Positions 28,101 to 43,100 of a stretch of 64,000 nt of DNA are shown here, in pieces. Under the pieces are notes generated by a model. That model was not told the DNA's origin. It ran no database searches and saw only the letters and a program-made list of their open reading frames with translations. Each line of letters starts with the position of its first letter. The stretch's first letter is position 1. A program made the position numbers and the translations under genes. The stretch comes from Tubiluchus corallicola. Taxonomy: Eukaryota; Animalia; Priapulida. The DNA lies in the NCBI GenBank assembly GCA_030141605.1, contig JAQGDQ010000067.1, forward strand, positions 186,001 to 250,000. The letters are read 5' to 3'.

Positions 28101-31100
28101 GTCGAAGTTACAATAATGTCTCAGTGCTGTGATGTTTTTTATATGCTGAATTCAGTGTCGAATACAGGCCATTGCATTCAAGATGCTCTACATACTGGTT
28201 TAAAGCTGCTATACCTATTGTTTTGTTTTTTTCAAAAATATCTTGATTACATGGCACTTCCAAGTGTCTGGAAATTAACTTGTTAGCAATGTTTCACAGT
28301 TTCATAATTGGTGCGATTAAATCATCAATGCAGCCTTTCAGCAGTGTCGTTGGTGTTAGATCTAATACGCAAGATTTCGTTCCAGACTACATTATGATGG
28401 CTTTATTCTGTTCTTGAGATACTTTTGAAACTGACAAAAATTTGATTTGTTGATTCCACTGTTCATCAACGATAAACCAAGCTCTTCAGGCTAATTACTA
28501 TGCTGGGTATGCTAAGTTAGAATGTCACAATGCCCCACTTAGCAGTTTTAACTGTTTATTGTTTATAAGCACTCACCCAATAAGAAAATAGTATCAGTGG
28601 TGTTGTACAAAATAAATGAATGACACATAAATTAATGTGAGAAAAATCACATTAAATCACCTAAAATCTAAAAAAAATTATTTTGATCTATCATAAACAT
28701 TACAAAATCACAAGACAAAATCACCAATAAAAAATCAAATTATCTTTATAGTAAAAAGTATTACTCTTTAAAAGTTGAATTAATAAATTCATATTTTTAG
28801 AGAACATCAGTTACCACATAGACTTATAGTATTAAATTATAAAAATAGCCTGTACCAGGATGTGAGTGCCACCTGGTGATGAAACTAATCAGTTTTTTGC
28901 ATTCTAATCAGTTTATCTGATTGTCTATTGAGCATACTTTTTCTGGGAAATGCTCTACCTCCTTGTGTGCCAGTTTGGGCACTAGTATAGGCAATTTCTA
29001 CTATGTGCAAATTCGTCCAAGCTTCTTTTGAAGATGCTGATTGTAGTGCTGTTGATAACATCTCCAGGTAGTGAGTTTCACAGGTTTATCTCTGCGTTTC
29101 AGAAACTAAACTTATATCCAGTCTGAACTGCTTTTTATATATTCTGTACTTGTGGCCTCTTGTTATTGATGGATGGCAATCAAAGAACATTGCAGGACCC
29201 AAATCCGAAACCCCTGTGAACATTTTGTACATCTCGATTAGGCATCCGCTAGTACGTCTGTATAACTTGAGTTCCTGTAGTTTGTCCTCATATGTACTGC
29301 TGTTTATCCCAGAGACCATATTCATTGATCTCTCTTGGACTTTTTCTAGAGCTAAAATATCATTTTACGTAATGTGGGCTCCAAATTTTGCTTGCATATT
29401 CGATATGTGGTCTCACTAGGACTTTATATATTGGTATGATGATATCTCTATCCCTACTAACAATTGTTCGACAGATAGCTCCAAGTATCTGATTTGTCTT
29501 GGCAACTTTATCATTGATATGCATGCAGAATTTGAGTTGGTCGTCCACAGCAACATACAAAGTCTTGCTCAGAAGTATGCAACTTTAGAGACTACATTTC
29601 TCAAAGAGATTGGTCTATAGTTGCTGGTTACAGTTCTGGTGCCTTTCTGGTGTATAGGTGTAATGATTGGGCTCCCAATCTTCTGTATGTTTGCATCTAT
29701 CAATGATCTATGGTAGTTAGTGGCTCATTAACATACGGTGCAGCTTTAACTAGTATAGCCGGATGTAATACACATCAATTCCTATCGCAGAGTTGATATT
29801 TTATGTTTTGATGATGTGATGAATGTGTTCCTGCATATTATCAATGTCTTGTAGTGGCATGTCAGTTATTGGATCGATTGACGGTAACATTGACGCATCT
29901 TTTCTAGTAAATGAGGTGTCGAACTCCTCATTCAGGATTTCAGCCATGTATTACGGTCCATCACTAGTTCCCCATTTTGAGCTTTTATTGGTCCTGCTTG
30001 TGGTTTGCTATTGATATCGAAATTTGCATACTTCCAGAAGGATTTCACATCTGGTCTTAGCTAGCTTTAATTCATAGTTTCTTTTTGTTAATCGTATTGT
30101 TTTTGCATGTAATTAGAACGTGCATTATACGAAGGTGCTCCTCTGTGTCTAAAGTAAGCTTGTAGTTGTTATACGCCTTCTTTTTGATGAGAAGTGAATC
30201 AAGCATTTGTAGTTAAACTAAACAGGTTTTTTCTGGTTTGTGCTTTTAATCAATGGAACATTTGTTTTAAGTAGCTCATTATAACAATTGATTAGGATCT
30301 GCCAGCAGGATATTGCTGATTTATCTGAAAATTTATACTCCCATGGTACAACAGCTAATGTAGAATTGATTGCTGGATAGTTTGCATGATGAAACGGATA
30401 CTTTTTCTCAGCCACATCAGTTTACCTCGCACTTGTGTCATTCGATGACACAGTGATCAAATGTTGCAAAACTTTCTTGGACTTCAAGATTCTCTGCTAT
30501 GCAATTGTCATTAGCTAGCACAAGATCAAGTCCAGCATTTATAAAATTAGGTGTTGTAACAAATTGCTGTAAGAGAGCATTGTTTAAGACATGGAAAAAT
30601 TGGTTCAATTTAACTTCGTCAGTTAATAATGTCCAAACAGCATTTAAAGTCTCCACACAGTATAGTATTACATAAACTTCACGAATTTGTTTTAATTAGT
30701 TCAAACATTGAAAGATCATTGTTAGTAGTACTTCCTCAACTTGTAGACAGCCCTTGACCAAAATTAAAACTCCACCTCCACATCCTTAGTGCGATCACGT
30801 CTTAATGATTTATTTCCTTTAAATTCAAAAAGAGTTTGAATGGCTATAGCTGAGCCCCAAGTTTCCGTGAACAACGATTACAATTTCGATCATGTGTTAT
30901 CTTCACTAACCTATTTTTTGTGTTTGGTAGATTGTGTAACAAAACTTCTGTTCTGATGGCTGAAGGAGTAAGCTTGAAAGTTGATCATAGTGTTTTTTCC
31001 AAAGCCTCTTAAAATAGTGTCAACCTCAAACTCTGTAAAGTAATTTTACAAAAATATAACATGTCATTTTTTCAAATCATGTTTTTCAGGCACGTGATGA

Positions 31101-34100
31101 GAGAATTGATTGAGACTGAGCGTTTATACGTCACTGAATTGCAGGCAGTTGTAGAGGTAATTAGAAGTTGTTTATGTAATACTGGTTGTAAAATTCATTA
31201 GTTGTCTATAGCCCTGTTTGCACTAGGCAAAAAATACTCTACCCATCGTAGATTTTTGAGATCTAATATAAACGGACACATAGCCAAAAAGACCACTATG
31301 GGTACTGGACTTTCCATGACTACCTCCCATATGTGGTCTCAGAAGACCTGCATTACTGAGGTTTTTATAGATTCAGATGTTTAATGAAACCATCGTCTTG
31401 CGGTAAAACATACCGGACTCTGTGGCAAAAGTGTACTGCTATATCTAGCCAATTCATGCTTAGGAGAAGAGGAATGGCCCTGACATAAATAGACCAAAAG
31501 TGGCGTTTGTACATAAAGAAGGCAAAATGATTATAGCAGCCTTTCTAAACGCAGGCCCGTTGCCATTGCCTCGTACGACAGCAAGGTCGTTGAAAACCTT
31601 ACTGAAAATCATTTAAGAAATTGACGTAATGATACAACAAAATTGATAGAGTACAAGGATTTAAACCAGGCCATACTACTAACTGAAACATTGTAAGTCT
31701 TGTACCAGTTATTTAAAGAAATGGATTTAGGGACATCTAGACATTTGTATAGTTTGTGATTTCCAAAAAGCGTTTGATACTGAGTAGATAAATGGACTAA
31801 AGGGAATGACTAAGTTGAAACTATCTGATATCAAAGGCAACTTGCTAAGTGTAATTTGTAGTTTTCTAAAAATAGAAGTGTGATGACATGTCTGAAAAAT
31901 ATCGTTGCAGCATGTATAACCCCCAAGACTCAGTGCTGTCCCTTTGTTATTTATATTTAATACAGCTAACATGTTAGATGAAAAAGTTTTGATGAAAAAA
32001 ACTTAACCAAGTTTAAATACTCAGATGATGGTATATATACAGTAAGTTTATACTAAAGGCATTAGCACAGCCAAGAATAACCTAGTTAAAAGAGAATTAG
32101 CATTACATGAAGCAATGCCAAATGTGCGGGTTAATTGTTTACACCCTATGAAAGTCCACTTAGCAACTATCAGGTCTTTCTTAATTAATAAAAAATAGTG
32201 CGATGAAATATGAGAAGCGAGTTTTTGACAAATCTTTCATCTGAGACATTCATTTTTAATGAGCTGGATGTAGCAAAATATCTTAAGTACACAGTGGGGG
32301 AGATTTTATCAGTGTAGCAATATCACAAATTTGCCACATTGATAGGCCTATACCACAGCTAAAACACCTATATATACTGCTGTCACAAAATGAAGGCCAG
32401 ATCCATTTCAGTACAAAACTGAGGAAACTATACCCTGACTTCAATCATTGTAGCAATGCTACATTGCAAGCATCAGGGCATATTATATGTCATTGTAATC
32501 TGGCAAATGCTCAATTTACAGCTAATTTAAGGCAGGTTCTGCCTACAAATAACTTACATAAAATTTATCTCAAAAGGGATGAAGCTGTATGTAAGGCATA
32601 TGTAGGTATTAAAGGAATTGTACGTAAGAAGTTACTGGAAGCTATCTTACTTAGAGTGCAAAGCACCGGCGTTCCACGATAAGATTATCATGATAATAAT
32701 TAGCATAAAGCCAATTTATTCATGAAAATATATTTTAGTACATGTTTATTTTTATAGTGTGTTGTGAATATAGTAAGAGACAAGTATATTCTGATTTAAC
32801 TTCTGTTTATGTAGGTATTGTGCATGAATTAGGTATTGTGACATCATTGTAAACAGTTATTTAGTTGTAATGGAACTGCAAATATATGAGAAACAATGCA
32901 TTTATTATTTCAATAAACAGATTTAAAACAAAAAATCTTGCTCTCTCTCCTCTCTCTCTCCCTCTCTTTCTCTCTCTCCCTCCCTCCCTCTCTCTTTCTC
33001 TCTCTCTCCCCCTCCTCCCTCCCTCTCACCTCCCTCCCTCCCTTTCCTTTCCCTTTCCTTCTCGCTTTCCCTTTCCCTCCCCTCTCCCCCTCCTTCCCTC
33101 CCTTCATCCATCCACCCATCTGCCAGCCTACATTCGTCACTGTTGATAGGAACTGCAGGTTTATTTTATTTCATACATTCATACAAAAGCAAAAGCAAAA
33201 TTTACTATTTTCGCTTATTTACAGGGTTATATAAAGCAACTTTGTGATCCAGAAATGCGCACTTATGTTCCAGAACTTTTGGTGGACAAAGCAAATACGT
33301 TATTTGGAAACTTAGAGGATTTATATGAATTCCATGGCAAGTAAGGCTCACATGTTTTAATTATATAACAATCAGACAGAGATAGGGTTTAATAGTACTC
33401 ATATTAATAAAATGCCACTATGTATAGTGTCGTGAGGTTGTCGTTAAACGAAAACAAGAAGAGGACTGTTGGCAATAGCTAGTTGCATAATTGTAGATGA
33501 CATTTTTTCCACCAAGTATGAAGCTCTTCCAGAAAATTTTTTGAATTTATGCAAGTTGATTCAGAGATGGGCTGCGAAATTCATATTCAGACATATTTTT
33601 ATCTATTCATAGAAAAACTGAGAAACTATCTCTGTCCTGTCACAAATATAAAAGATTTCCATATAAAGGAATGCTACTTGGCTTGAATTTAATTAATAAA
33701 ATATCGTGCAACGATGAAAATATTTGTGATAAAAATTTGTGATGAAGAACCTGTAATGTTGTCTGTTTTGAAATTCTTCTCAGTTTCTCAGTGGGGAGTG
33801 GTCACAAATTGCTAAAAATTGGCGTTGGTTAAGAAACATTAAGTGCTCAAGCACTACCTTTCCCTACTCAAATGTTCAGAATTCAAAAACTAATTAATGA
33901 AAAATGTTCTAGCGGTTTTCTAAAAATACAAATATTTACCTACGCACACACACACACACACAACTGTTATTGAAGTAAGAGTGTAAATATACATAGCAAT
34001 AGTTAAGCTTATGTAAGCAAGGCCTGCACCCTAATGGTGAAAGCTCCGTAACATATTTTTTGGTTTATATGTTTGCGCATGTGCTTTATTGATAACAATA

Positions 34101-37100
34101 TTCGCAGATTAGGTGTTTAAAGTTTTACTATTCTTGCTAAATAAATTTTACTGATTAGAACATCGTTTTTGTTATAATGAAAATGCCTTTGCATCCACCA
34201 ATTAAGCAGAAGAGTTCTTGGGACAGCTTGTATTTAACTTCTTTATCATTTCATTCCCTGCAAACTCTTGTTAGATATGGTTGGCTGTATATCACTTTAT
34301 TGTTGTTGTTATTGATACAATTTATGACACTACAAGCTGGTATGCAGGGCCAAACAGCAAAGTTTGCCTGTTGTGTTATAGATGGGCTGAAAATATTATC
34401 ATTTAAGATGCAGAGGTGCTGTAGCCATTCAATAAAATATATGTGGCTACTATATGCAGGTGTATATACATCCTCCTCGTATCAGGTAATTATCAGTTTT
34501 CCCAGCAGTAACCCTGTTTTATTAACCAGGCTCAACATTGCTTAACTTGAGCTGCAAAGTCTACAGTGCTTCTCTAGCTGCTTCGGCAAAATGGAAGATG
34601 CACACAGCAGCCCGAAACACTTGTTTCAACAAAAAGACTTTGTTTTTCGAACGTTTGTTTTGCAAAATGCTGTTTCTTTTTTATTTTCTTCTGCTGCACA
34701 TTGATGGCAAATCAGACTCTGTTTTTGTTACATATGTTCTGTTACCATGTCCCATTTGGCTTTTGCTATTAACAAAAACATTGAATGAAACTTTACACCA
34801 GGGTTTAAGCTTCTGAAAGTTTTTTAATTCATTGTAATGTTTAACTTTGTTTTTCAGCATCTTTTTGAAGGACTTAGAAGAATGTATAAATACACCTGCT
34901 TTAGTGGGAAAATGTTTTGTTGAAAGGGTAAGTTTTATCGTAGCATATGTTTTCATTCCTGCAAGTACAGATACTTTCTAAACAAACTTCGAAACTTTAA
35001 TGTTGGCTTTTTTTAAATTTAGTGAAGACCATCTCTGAGAAACTTGAAGTTATGTGCATTGTGAACAACAAAATGTTAATTTATTTGAGTGCTAACTTTG
35101 AATTTTTAAAGAGTCACTAACATTTGTAAACATATAACATAACATGAATTTATTTGTTGTCTCTTTTTCTTTTTGTGAAATTTGACATGCTTGCACTTTT
35201 TTCTTGCACTAAAAGATTATTATTGCCATAGAAATACATCTGTAACTGTAAACACGTGTGTTCATAAATAAAACTTGAAAATGTTTTTGTACAAAAATTT
35301 AATTCACTGTAATATAAATTATTATTGTATTTTTAATTGCAGAAAGAAGATTTTTATGCAAAATATAGTCTCTATTGCCAGAATAAACCACATTCTGAAT
35401 CACTGAGAAGACAGTGTGGGGATAGTAATCCTTTCTTTAAGGTGAGCAACATTATAATAAAAAACATAACTGTGATTCTTTTCCTCTCAGGAATGTTTTT
35501 ATTGAAAGATAAATGTCAGTATGTTGTTAAAGATTTATAGTTTAACTGGACACCTGGATAGAGACATATTACTGGTTTGTGGGTGGCCCACTTGTATTTT
35601 TCTAATTTCGACGTCTCAAACATTTCAGAGGTGCCAAAACAGGCTAGGACATAAATTACCTCTTGGTGCATATCTTCTCAAGCCTGTGCAGCGAATTACT
35701 AAGTATCAGCTCTTACTAAAGGTAATAGTGCTTGCGAACATACATCATATGTATACATATATATATATATATATTAGACCATGGAATGTCTCCCTAAGGT
35801 ATGATAAAGTTATATAATTTATTATAATTGTACATAAGCTATTAAATTTTAAAACTTATACCTGTAGACTGCAAATACAACATCAGTAAATGCATCAAGA
35901 AATATTTGTTTTATACCAAAAGGACAATCCTCAGCTCACAGCAAGGCCATAGATGGACAATCTCCAGGTCTGTAGCAGGCCTAAGTGTTGTTTAAAAGAA
36001 GTGTTCTGCTACGTGCTTGGTTATGATGCCATTGATTAATTATGCTTACAGTTCAATAAGCTCAACTTTTTGTTGTTGGTTCTATCAATTCATGTAGAAT
36101 GTTTTAAAATTTGACTGATAACTAAAATCTGGTGACAATTTCTTCTAATAAAAACATTGGGTTCATTAATATTCAGTTTAACCATTAAGGTTACCAATTC
36201 AAATAAATAAATATCTGATTTGAAGAAGACTGTTTTAAATTGACTTAACTGCATTTGTAATTTGTGATTTCTGCATTGATCATTGAATTTTGATGAAGTA
36301 AGTGATTAAGTATGATAGATTTTTTTAGTTATTAATGTCTTAATTTCTTCACTGCCATGTATGTGTGCAAGCTGTATACTACAGATTTTATTACTTTTGG
36401 GTACTGTTGTTTATTGTGAATTTAAACACTCTCATGCCCCAAAAAGATTTACATACATTCACTAAAAGAAAAACACATACATTTTGGCACATGATGAATT
36501 CGTTTAGAATTTATAATGCAGAACATAATATTACTATATAAACAACAAAATAAAGTTTCTGCTGCTATGAAAAAATAAAGAAATAAATGTGGTTACTTTT
36601 AGTACACTGAAAATGGCTGCCAAGCAAGATGGCTGCAAAAATATATTACTAGCTACGTTAGTACCTTCTATTTTATAGCAGTTACAATGTATACACAGTT
36701 GAAAAGCTAACTCTTGGATACACAAAACTCATTCATTCATTCATTGTCCATTCGTTCATTAGGCTTATACACTGTATACATATATATATATGTGTGTGTG
36801 TATGTGTATGTAGAAAATCAGAATCCACATGATCTATAAGAAACTGCCCGGGTGGGATTTAGATAAGAAAATCATGTACACATACCGAAATAGGCTACTA
36901 AGAAATTTGACTTATCTAAGCCTAAAATAAAAATATATTGGTCCTGATAACATTTTTAAATATAAATATGTGTAATTATAAATATTAAATATAATATTTA
37001 ATATTATATTATTATTATTATTATTATTATTAAATATTAAATATAAATATATACAAATATAAATATAAATATATAAACACATCTTATAAATGTGTGCAAA

Positions 37101-40100
37101 AGCTCAAAAAATGCATAGACCTTTATTCAAGAACAATAATTTCTTTACAAATTATTTTATTTGTAAGATTTATTTGTGTGGGTATGCAACAAAACCCCGA
37201 GATTATCAAATTTTTAACTTTTATTGTTCCTAAAATCTCTAAAATATATAAAATGGCAATATTTCACCTGACACAGAACTTATAGTCGAAGCCGCACACA
37301 AGTGTGGTGTTTTTACTATATCGCCCAGGAAACAAGATCACACTTCATTTATTAATGTTCTGCGAATTCTTCTCGGCCCTGCTGCAGCTGTTCTAGTGAC
37401 AAAATACAGAGCACCAGAATTTGTGCAGAGCATAAGACAGTAATGTACATCAAGTAGACTCGGGTAGTACAAATGTAGGATGCAATAGCAAGTCATTGAG
37501 GCAGTGAAGGGGTTAATACGAAATCAGTATTTCACCTGTATGTTTACACGTTTGAAAGGTATGAAGTATGAAGAATGTTGAAGAAGAACATTTACAAGTA
37601 ACAAATAGCTTGTTTTGTACATAAAAAATACTTAACTGTGTGCTTGCAAACCAAAAGCATCCATAAGTCAACATAGTTAAAACTGCGTTATGATGCTTCA
37701 AAGTAGACTGCACCAAAATTTTGGTCTAATGTTAATTTTTCATTTTATATAAAAACAAGCGCTAATATATGTCCAAAAAATAATAAAAATTTAATTTTAT
37801 AACCCGTGCCCATTTCTCTGCCTAGAAACTAGTACTGCAATTGCAAAAAACTTGTATTTTCAAACTCCGGCAGTAGCTCGTGGAAGCATTCATTTTGCTT
37901 CAGATTTTTTCTGTTGTCAAACCCAAAGCTTCGTCAAGAAGAACTGGATTTAAACATAACTTCAATGTGCTCTTACAAAGTCCATAGCAACCACACTTTT
38001 GTACGGTTCCTAAGTGTTTTGTGGAGACGCTACAAAAAAAAACACTGGCTGACGTTAACAGCAATTTCCTCAAGATTTATGTTTTTCACTGCATAAACTA
38101 CACCTCAACTTCAACGTGGATTATCTGAGCTTAGAAATAACATAGAGCAATGAGCTTGGTATCAAAATGATCCTCGTGAAATGGAGATTCGGGGTATGTG
38201 AATAACTAGAAAACATTAATCACTGACTATGGACCATTTTGCTATGCAGTCACACATTGTAAGTTCATTCATATTTACTTACAGGAGATGCTAAAATATA
38301 CTGATAATGAAGTAGGTCATGCAGAAATAGAAGAGGCATTGGATACGATGTTAGAAGTTTTAAGATATCTTAATGATGTTATGCACCAAGCAGCTATAAC
38401 AGGATTTTTGGTACGTAATTTATAGTTAGCTGTTATATTAATGAAAAAATCCCACAATTAAGAAATATTATGTTTCATACTACCACTCTTAAGAATCTTC
38501 GGCTGAAAGGAAAAAAGAAAAAAGACCACTTGAAATTACTAATATTACTTTTAGATAGTTTTTTAATATTATTTACTCATTAAGATATCTCACTAAAAAT
38601 GATCACATGGGAAAAACACAGTAGCACAGCAAGTAAAAAACGCAGAACTATAAAATCATTGGCCACAATCATGTAATATGTTTCTTTTGTATCTCACTCT
38701 ACATTCTGTGACTATAGTCAGTGATTTTGTTTTTATGGTGCATTTTTAATTTGCTGTACTTCTGTGTTTTCCTATGTCCTTTTTAGTGTGTTCTATTGTG
38801 CATTAAAAATGCCTTTTTTTCAACCTCCCTCTACATTGTGATGGTTCTATCCGTTACAAAGCCATTGCATATCAGCACTCCATAGTAGCTATAAGTAGCT
38901 GGTGTGGAATGGCCTGGTGTGGTCATTTGGCAGACAGATGGGCATATTTACCACTTATGCACCTGTTCAGCAATAATCAGCATGAGGAATGCAGAAAGAG
39001 ATTCTGGCTAGTTCTCACTTTAATTTTACATTTTTGAGTCAATTTCTCCACAACAACATCTGCAATATGGTTTGACTGATCCACATTTGATCCCTGCACC
39101 TCTTTGCCGCCTCCAGAACATTATGCTAACATTATAAAAAACTTTCACAAAAAAATTAGTACTAGTTATTTTGTGATCATTTTTTCACCTCAAGATAAAC
39201 TATAGCCATAGTTATTAGTGTCTCTTGTTTGTTTAATAGTTAAATGCTTTCCTCAACTGTGAGATTCTTTTCATTAACTCATTCATGACTTTGAATATTT
39301 GGGTGGTAGATCATCAAATAAAACAGCCCATAGTGGCCTAACTGTATGAGATACAAACCTATATATTTTCTCAAAGAGAATTAAATTTTCTTTCTAGCAC
39401 TCTAATCTTAATGTTTAGATTTTCTCTGCTCCCCAGTAATCAACAGTATAATTCAAAAAATTTGCAAAAATTTCACAGAATTTTCATTTCAAAGTCTTCT
39501 AGATTCCAAGTTATAGCCTGTGTCTAAAACTGTTCAATGTAAAAACTTTTGTGCATTCATTTCTGCATGAACTTTTGCAAAGAAGTTTAGTTTAGTTTAT
39601 TCCATTTGCCATGATAAAATAATACATAAATATGGTGAAAATACAAAATGCCAAATTAAAAGAAAACAAGCATGTGAATAATAAAGTTAATTAATAGATT
39701 ATTAGGACTTCCAAAAAGAAAAGTTGTAACGGTCAGGCCGAATATGGCGAACAGAAAGGAAAGTGTAGGTGCAAGAATAAAAGGTGGTTAATGGGAGGAA
39801 AAGGAGTATGAAAAGTGAAAGGATATGAAGATGTAATATGAAAGTGAAAAAAAAAATAAAAATAAAAAATATATTTACAGGAGGATGACATAAGAATGTA
39901 ATAAATGTAAATAAATCAGCTAGGCAAACACAATCACAAATGGTGAGAGGAATCAGATTATGTCCACCCACCTACAATTTTTCTTTTATTTCTTCCTGTT
40001 GTGGAGTATAGTCCATTCTTGTTCTTCTTTAAGTGTGATATGAAACATTACAGATTATAAATGTTCGGATTATGGTCCATGATAAAGAGTTTAAGGCTTT

Positions 40101-43100
40101 TTATATTTATAAATACTATGTTCTGATTTTATATGATTAGGGAGCTAGTTCCAAATTGATGGCCCAGCAATGGAAATGAAATGCTTAGCAACATTCATGC
40201 AGATGCATGGAAGAAAGTATTGATTAAATCATGTATTATGAAATCTTGCATCCAGTTTGATAGGATTTTTGAAGAATTTGAGTAATAATTCGCTATTTGT
40301 TTTATACATAAAAGTCGCAATATTATGAAACGCTATGTTATCAGACAAGATATTACATTATTTAAAGAAAGAGTGAATTTATTTAATCCAAAATATAAAC
40401 AAAGAAATTTTCTTTGAAGACGACTTAAAGGGGTAAGATATGTCATGTATGTAGCTCCCCAAAGGGAACTAACATAATTTAAATAAGGATAGATTAAAGA
40501 ATAACAAAGAGTAAGTAAATGTGATTTGGACAATTTGTATTTAATATGGAACATAATATTTTTCGCTATTTTTAGACTAATTATTTTTCTATGAAAGTTC
40601 CAGTCAAGATGTTCATGCAGAACTACACTTAAAAATCTGGCAAACTGAACATATTCTATAGGAAGTCCATCAATATAAAGACTAGAATTCAAAGGAATCG
40701 GTTTATTTTTAGAGCAAAATAGAATGTACTTTGTTTTAGTGGGATTAAGAGATAATTTGTTCGCTCTAAACCAGTTAGAAATGTCTTTTAAAATGTTATT
40801 TATGTTAGTAATGCTGAAGTGATTGAAATTGAAAGAGTGTGGTGTCATCAGCGAACTGAATAATATTTGGACAAGTGAAAATGTTTTTTATATGATAAAA
40901 AATAAATAATCAAAAATAAAAGTGGTCCTAAAGCAGAACTCTGAGGAACACCACAATTTACACAGAGCTCGGTTCAAGTATATTTATTACATCTGACACA
41001 CTGCTTATGATTGTCAAGATTGTAGGAAAGCATTTGTTATTTTCTCTTTCATGGCATCCTGGCTTCCTACTGTCTTGCTTGATTTGTAGATGATTGTTTT
41101 AGTTCACAAAAATTGGTAGTACTCAAAATATAACGATAAAAGAAAGTTTAATCATTTATAAAACACAAAATTATAAAAATAAAGATGAAAGCAATGACAC
41201 AATCATGTTCTCCACTTGTTTTCTACTTAACAGATTGCCTACTACTATGTTTCTACGCGTCATAAAATAGTTCCTCGCAAGTCACTTGCGACAAAGATAG
41301 CTACTTACCCAGTCAAGTATTCAAATCACTCTAAATCTAAGTTTGTACATTTGACAGCTGTTCAAACGCGCTAAGATATTACGAAATATGTACAGCAGAG
41401 GAATGCAAACTGTGGCCCACGGGCCCGCGAGGAGGTTTGTCAACCTAATGAAAATGCGGCCCGTGCGATAAATTGAGTGTATTAAGCTGAAGTCCACGCC
41501 ACGATCGCAACAATAGTGCGGGTAGTTTTTTTCACTAGCTCGGGTGGCATTAACCCTTTACAAAACGATTGTCACTGAATGTCACTGTCGGACATGACGA
41601 AATTCCACGTTGCTCACTTGGACCACAAAAAAGCTGTAATCACAGAACACAACAAACTATCACTGAACCTGCCACTGAAAATCCAAAAATTAAAATCTGG
41701 CAAAAGCACTGGCATTTATTATATCCCAAATGAAATGATTAAGTAGCAATAGATATACTTGCCAGGCCCTTAACTAAGCTGATGAATTTAATACTGGAAA
41801 AAGGCAAATATCCAGAGAACTAAGGGCATTTTAAGTCCCATATTTAAACGCGGAACACTAGATGATCCTAAGATTACCATGGAATCTCAGTAGCCTCATG
41901 TCTTGGCAAAGTTTTTGATTCAACCATTAATGAACGACTAGCAAAATTTCTTGAAAAATCTGGTATTGTAAAATAGTTTTCTTGCATGTAATAGTGTAGT
42001 AGCAATGATGTGCGCAGATCGGGTGCAAAAAGATCGTTATTAGGTCCTACTGTACTTGGGTTCTTGACCAAACTGCATGTGGCCCGCAGGAATTGCGGGA
42101 AAGTTTAATGTGGCCCGGCTAGTCAGGTAATTTGCACACCCCTGGTGTACAGGAATGCAACACTTTCTGCTGATGAGTCTGCTGTGCGCTGGCTATTGAA
42201 TCTGTGAAGATGTAAAATAGCTCAATCTTTTAGGCATTCTCTGTAAAGGTGATCACTTTTAATATTTGATTCGTGTGCTTTTGCAGGGGTCATTGAAGGA
42301 ACTGGGTCGCCTTCTCACACAAGGACCAGTGAACATGTGGAGAGAAAACAAAAAAGACAGAATCAAGGACCTTCGGTTTAAGCCGATGATGCGCCATCTT
42401 TTCTTGTATGAACGTGCAATTTTGTTCTGCAAGAAGAGGGATGATACACGGGGAGCAGAGAAAATTTCATACAGCTATAAATTTCAGAAAGAGGTATAGA
42501 TGAGTAGCAACAATAAGTATTTTAAGTCACAAACTCAAAACAAAGTAGAAATTCTGCTTTTATGGGAATGTAAATATTTAATAATTTTCTTTAGCATTAA
42601 CTTGATGCATGACTTTTTCTGACAATTTATTATCAAGTAGACTTCAAATTTTTGGTTTTAGAAAGTAGTCGCTTCTCTCGGCTACTTGTTAAAGTTTGAC
42701 CATCTTAGAATATCTTGTACAACCTAAGCATCACCACAGTAATTACTGACTAATTACATTATTTATGTACAGTGTGCTCTTGCCTATAAATTCGTCTCTG
42801 TATTAAGTGGAAATTCTCCTCTTACGTAACTTTAAACATATTGTATGACTTCCATATAAAAGCAAAACAAGTAAATTTTGATGCAGCAGTTTCCGTCTTT
42901 GAAGTAATGTAAGTGTAATCAAAACATGCCGGCTGCAAGAAAAATTTGACATTACTCAGCAGGTTTATTCCCTGAATTTAACAGTTTAACTGGTGCCTGA
43001 GAAGCTAATGAAAAAATTATAGCCAGACTACAAGCAGAAGATCCAGTTATGTGCATGCCACATTGTATTTGAGCTTGTTTCTGCCACAAATTTAGTTTAC

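Noticed and set aside
32886-33234. Pro/Ser/Leu-rich and Glu/Arg/Gly-rich ORFs
   Set aside because: Artefacts of the CT microsatellite.
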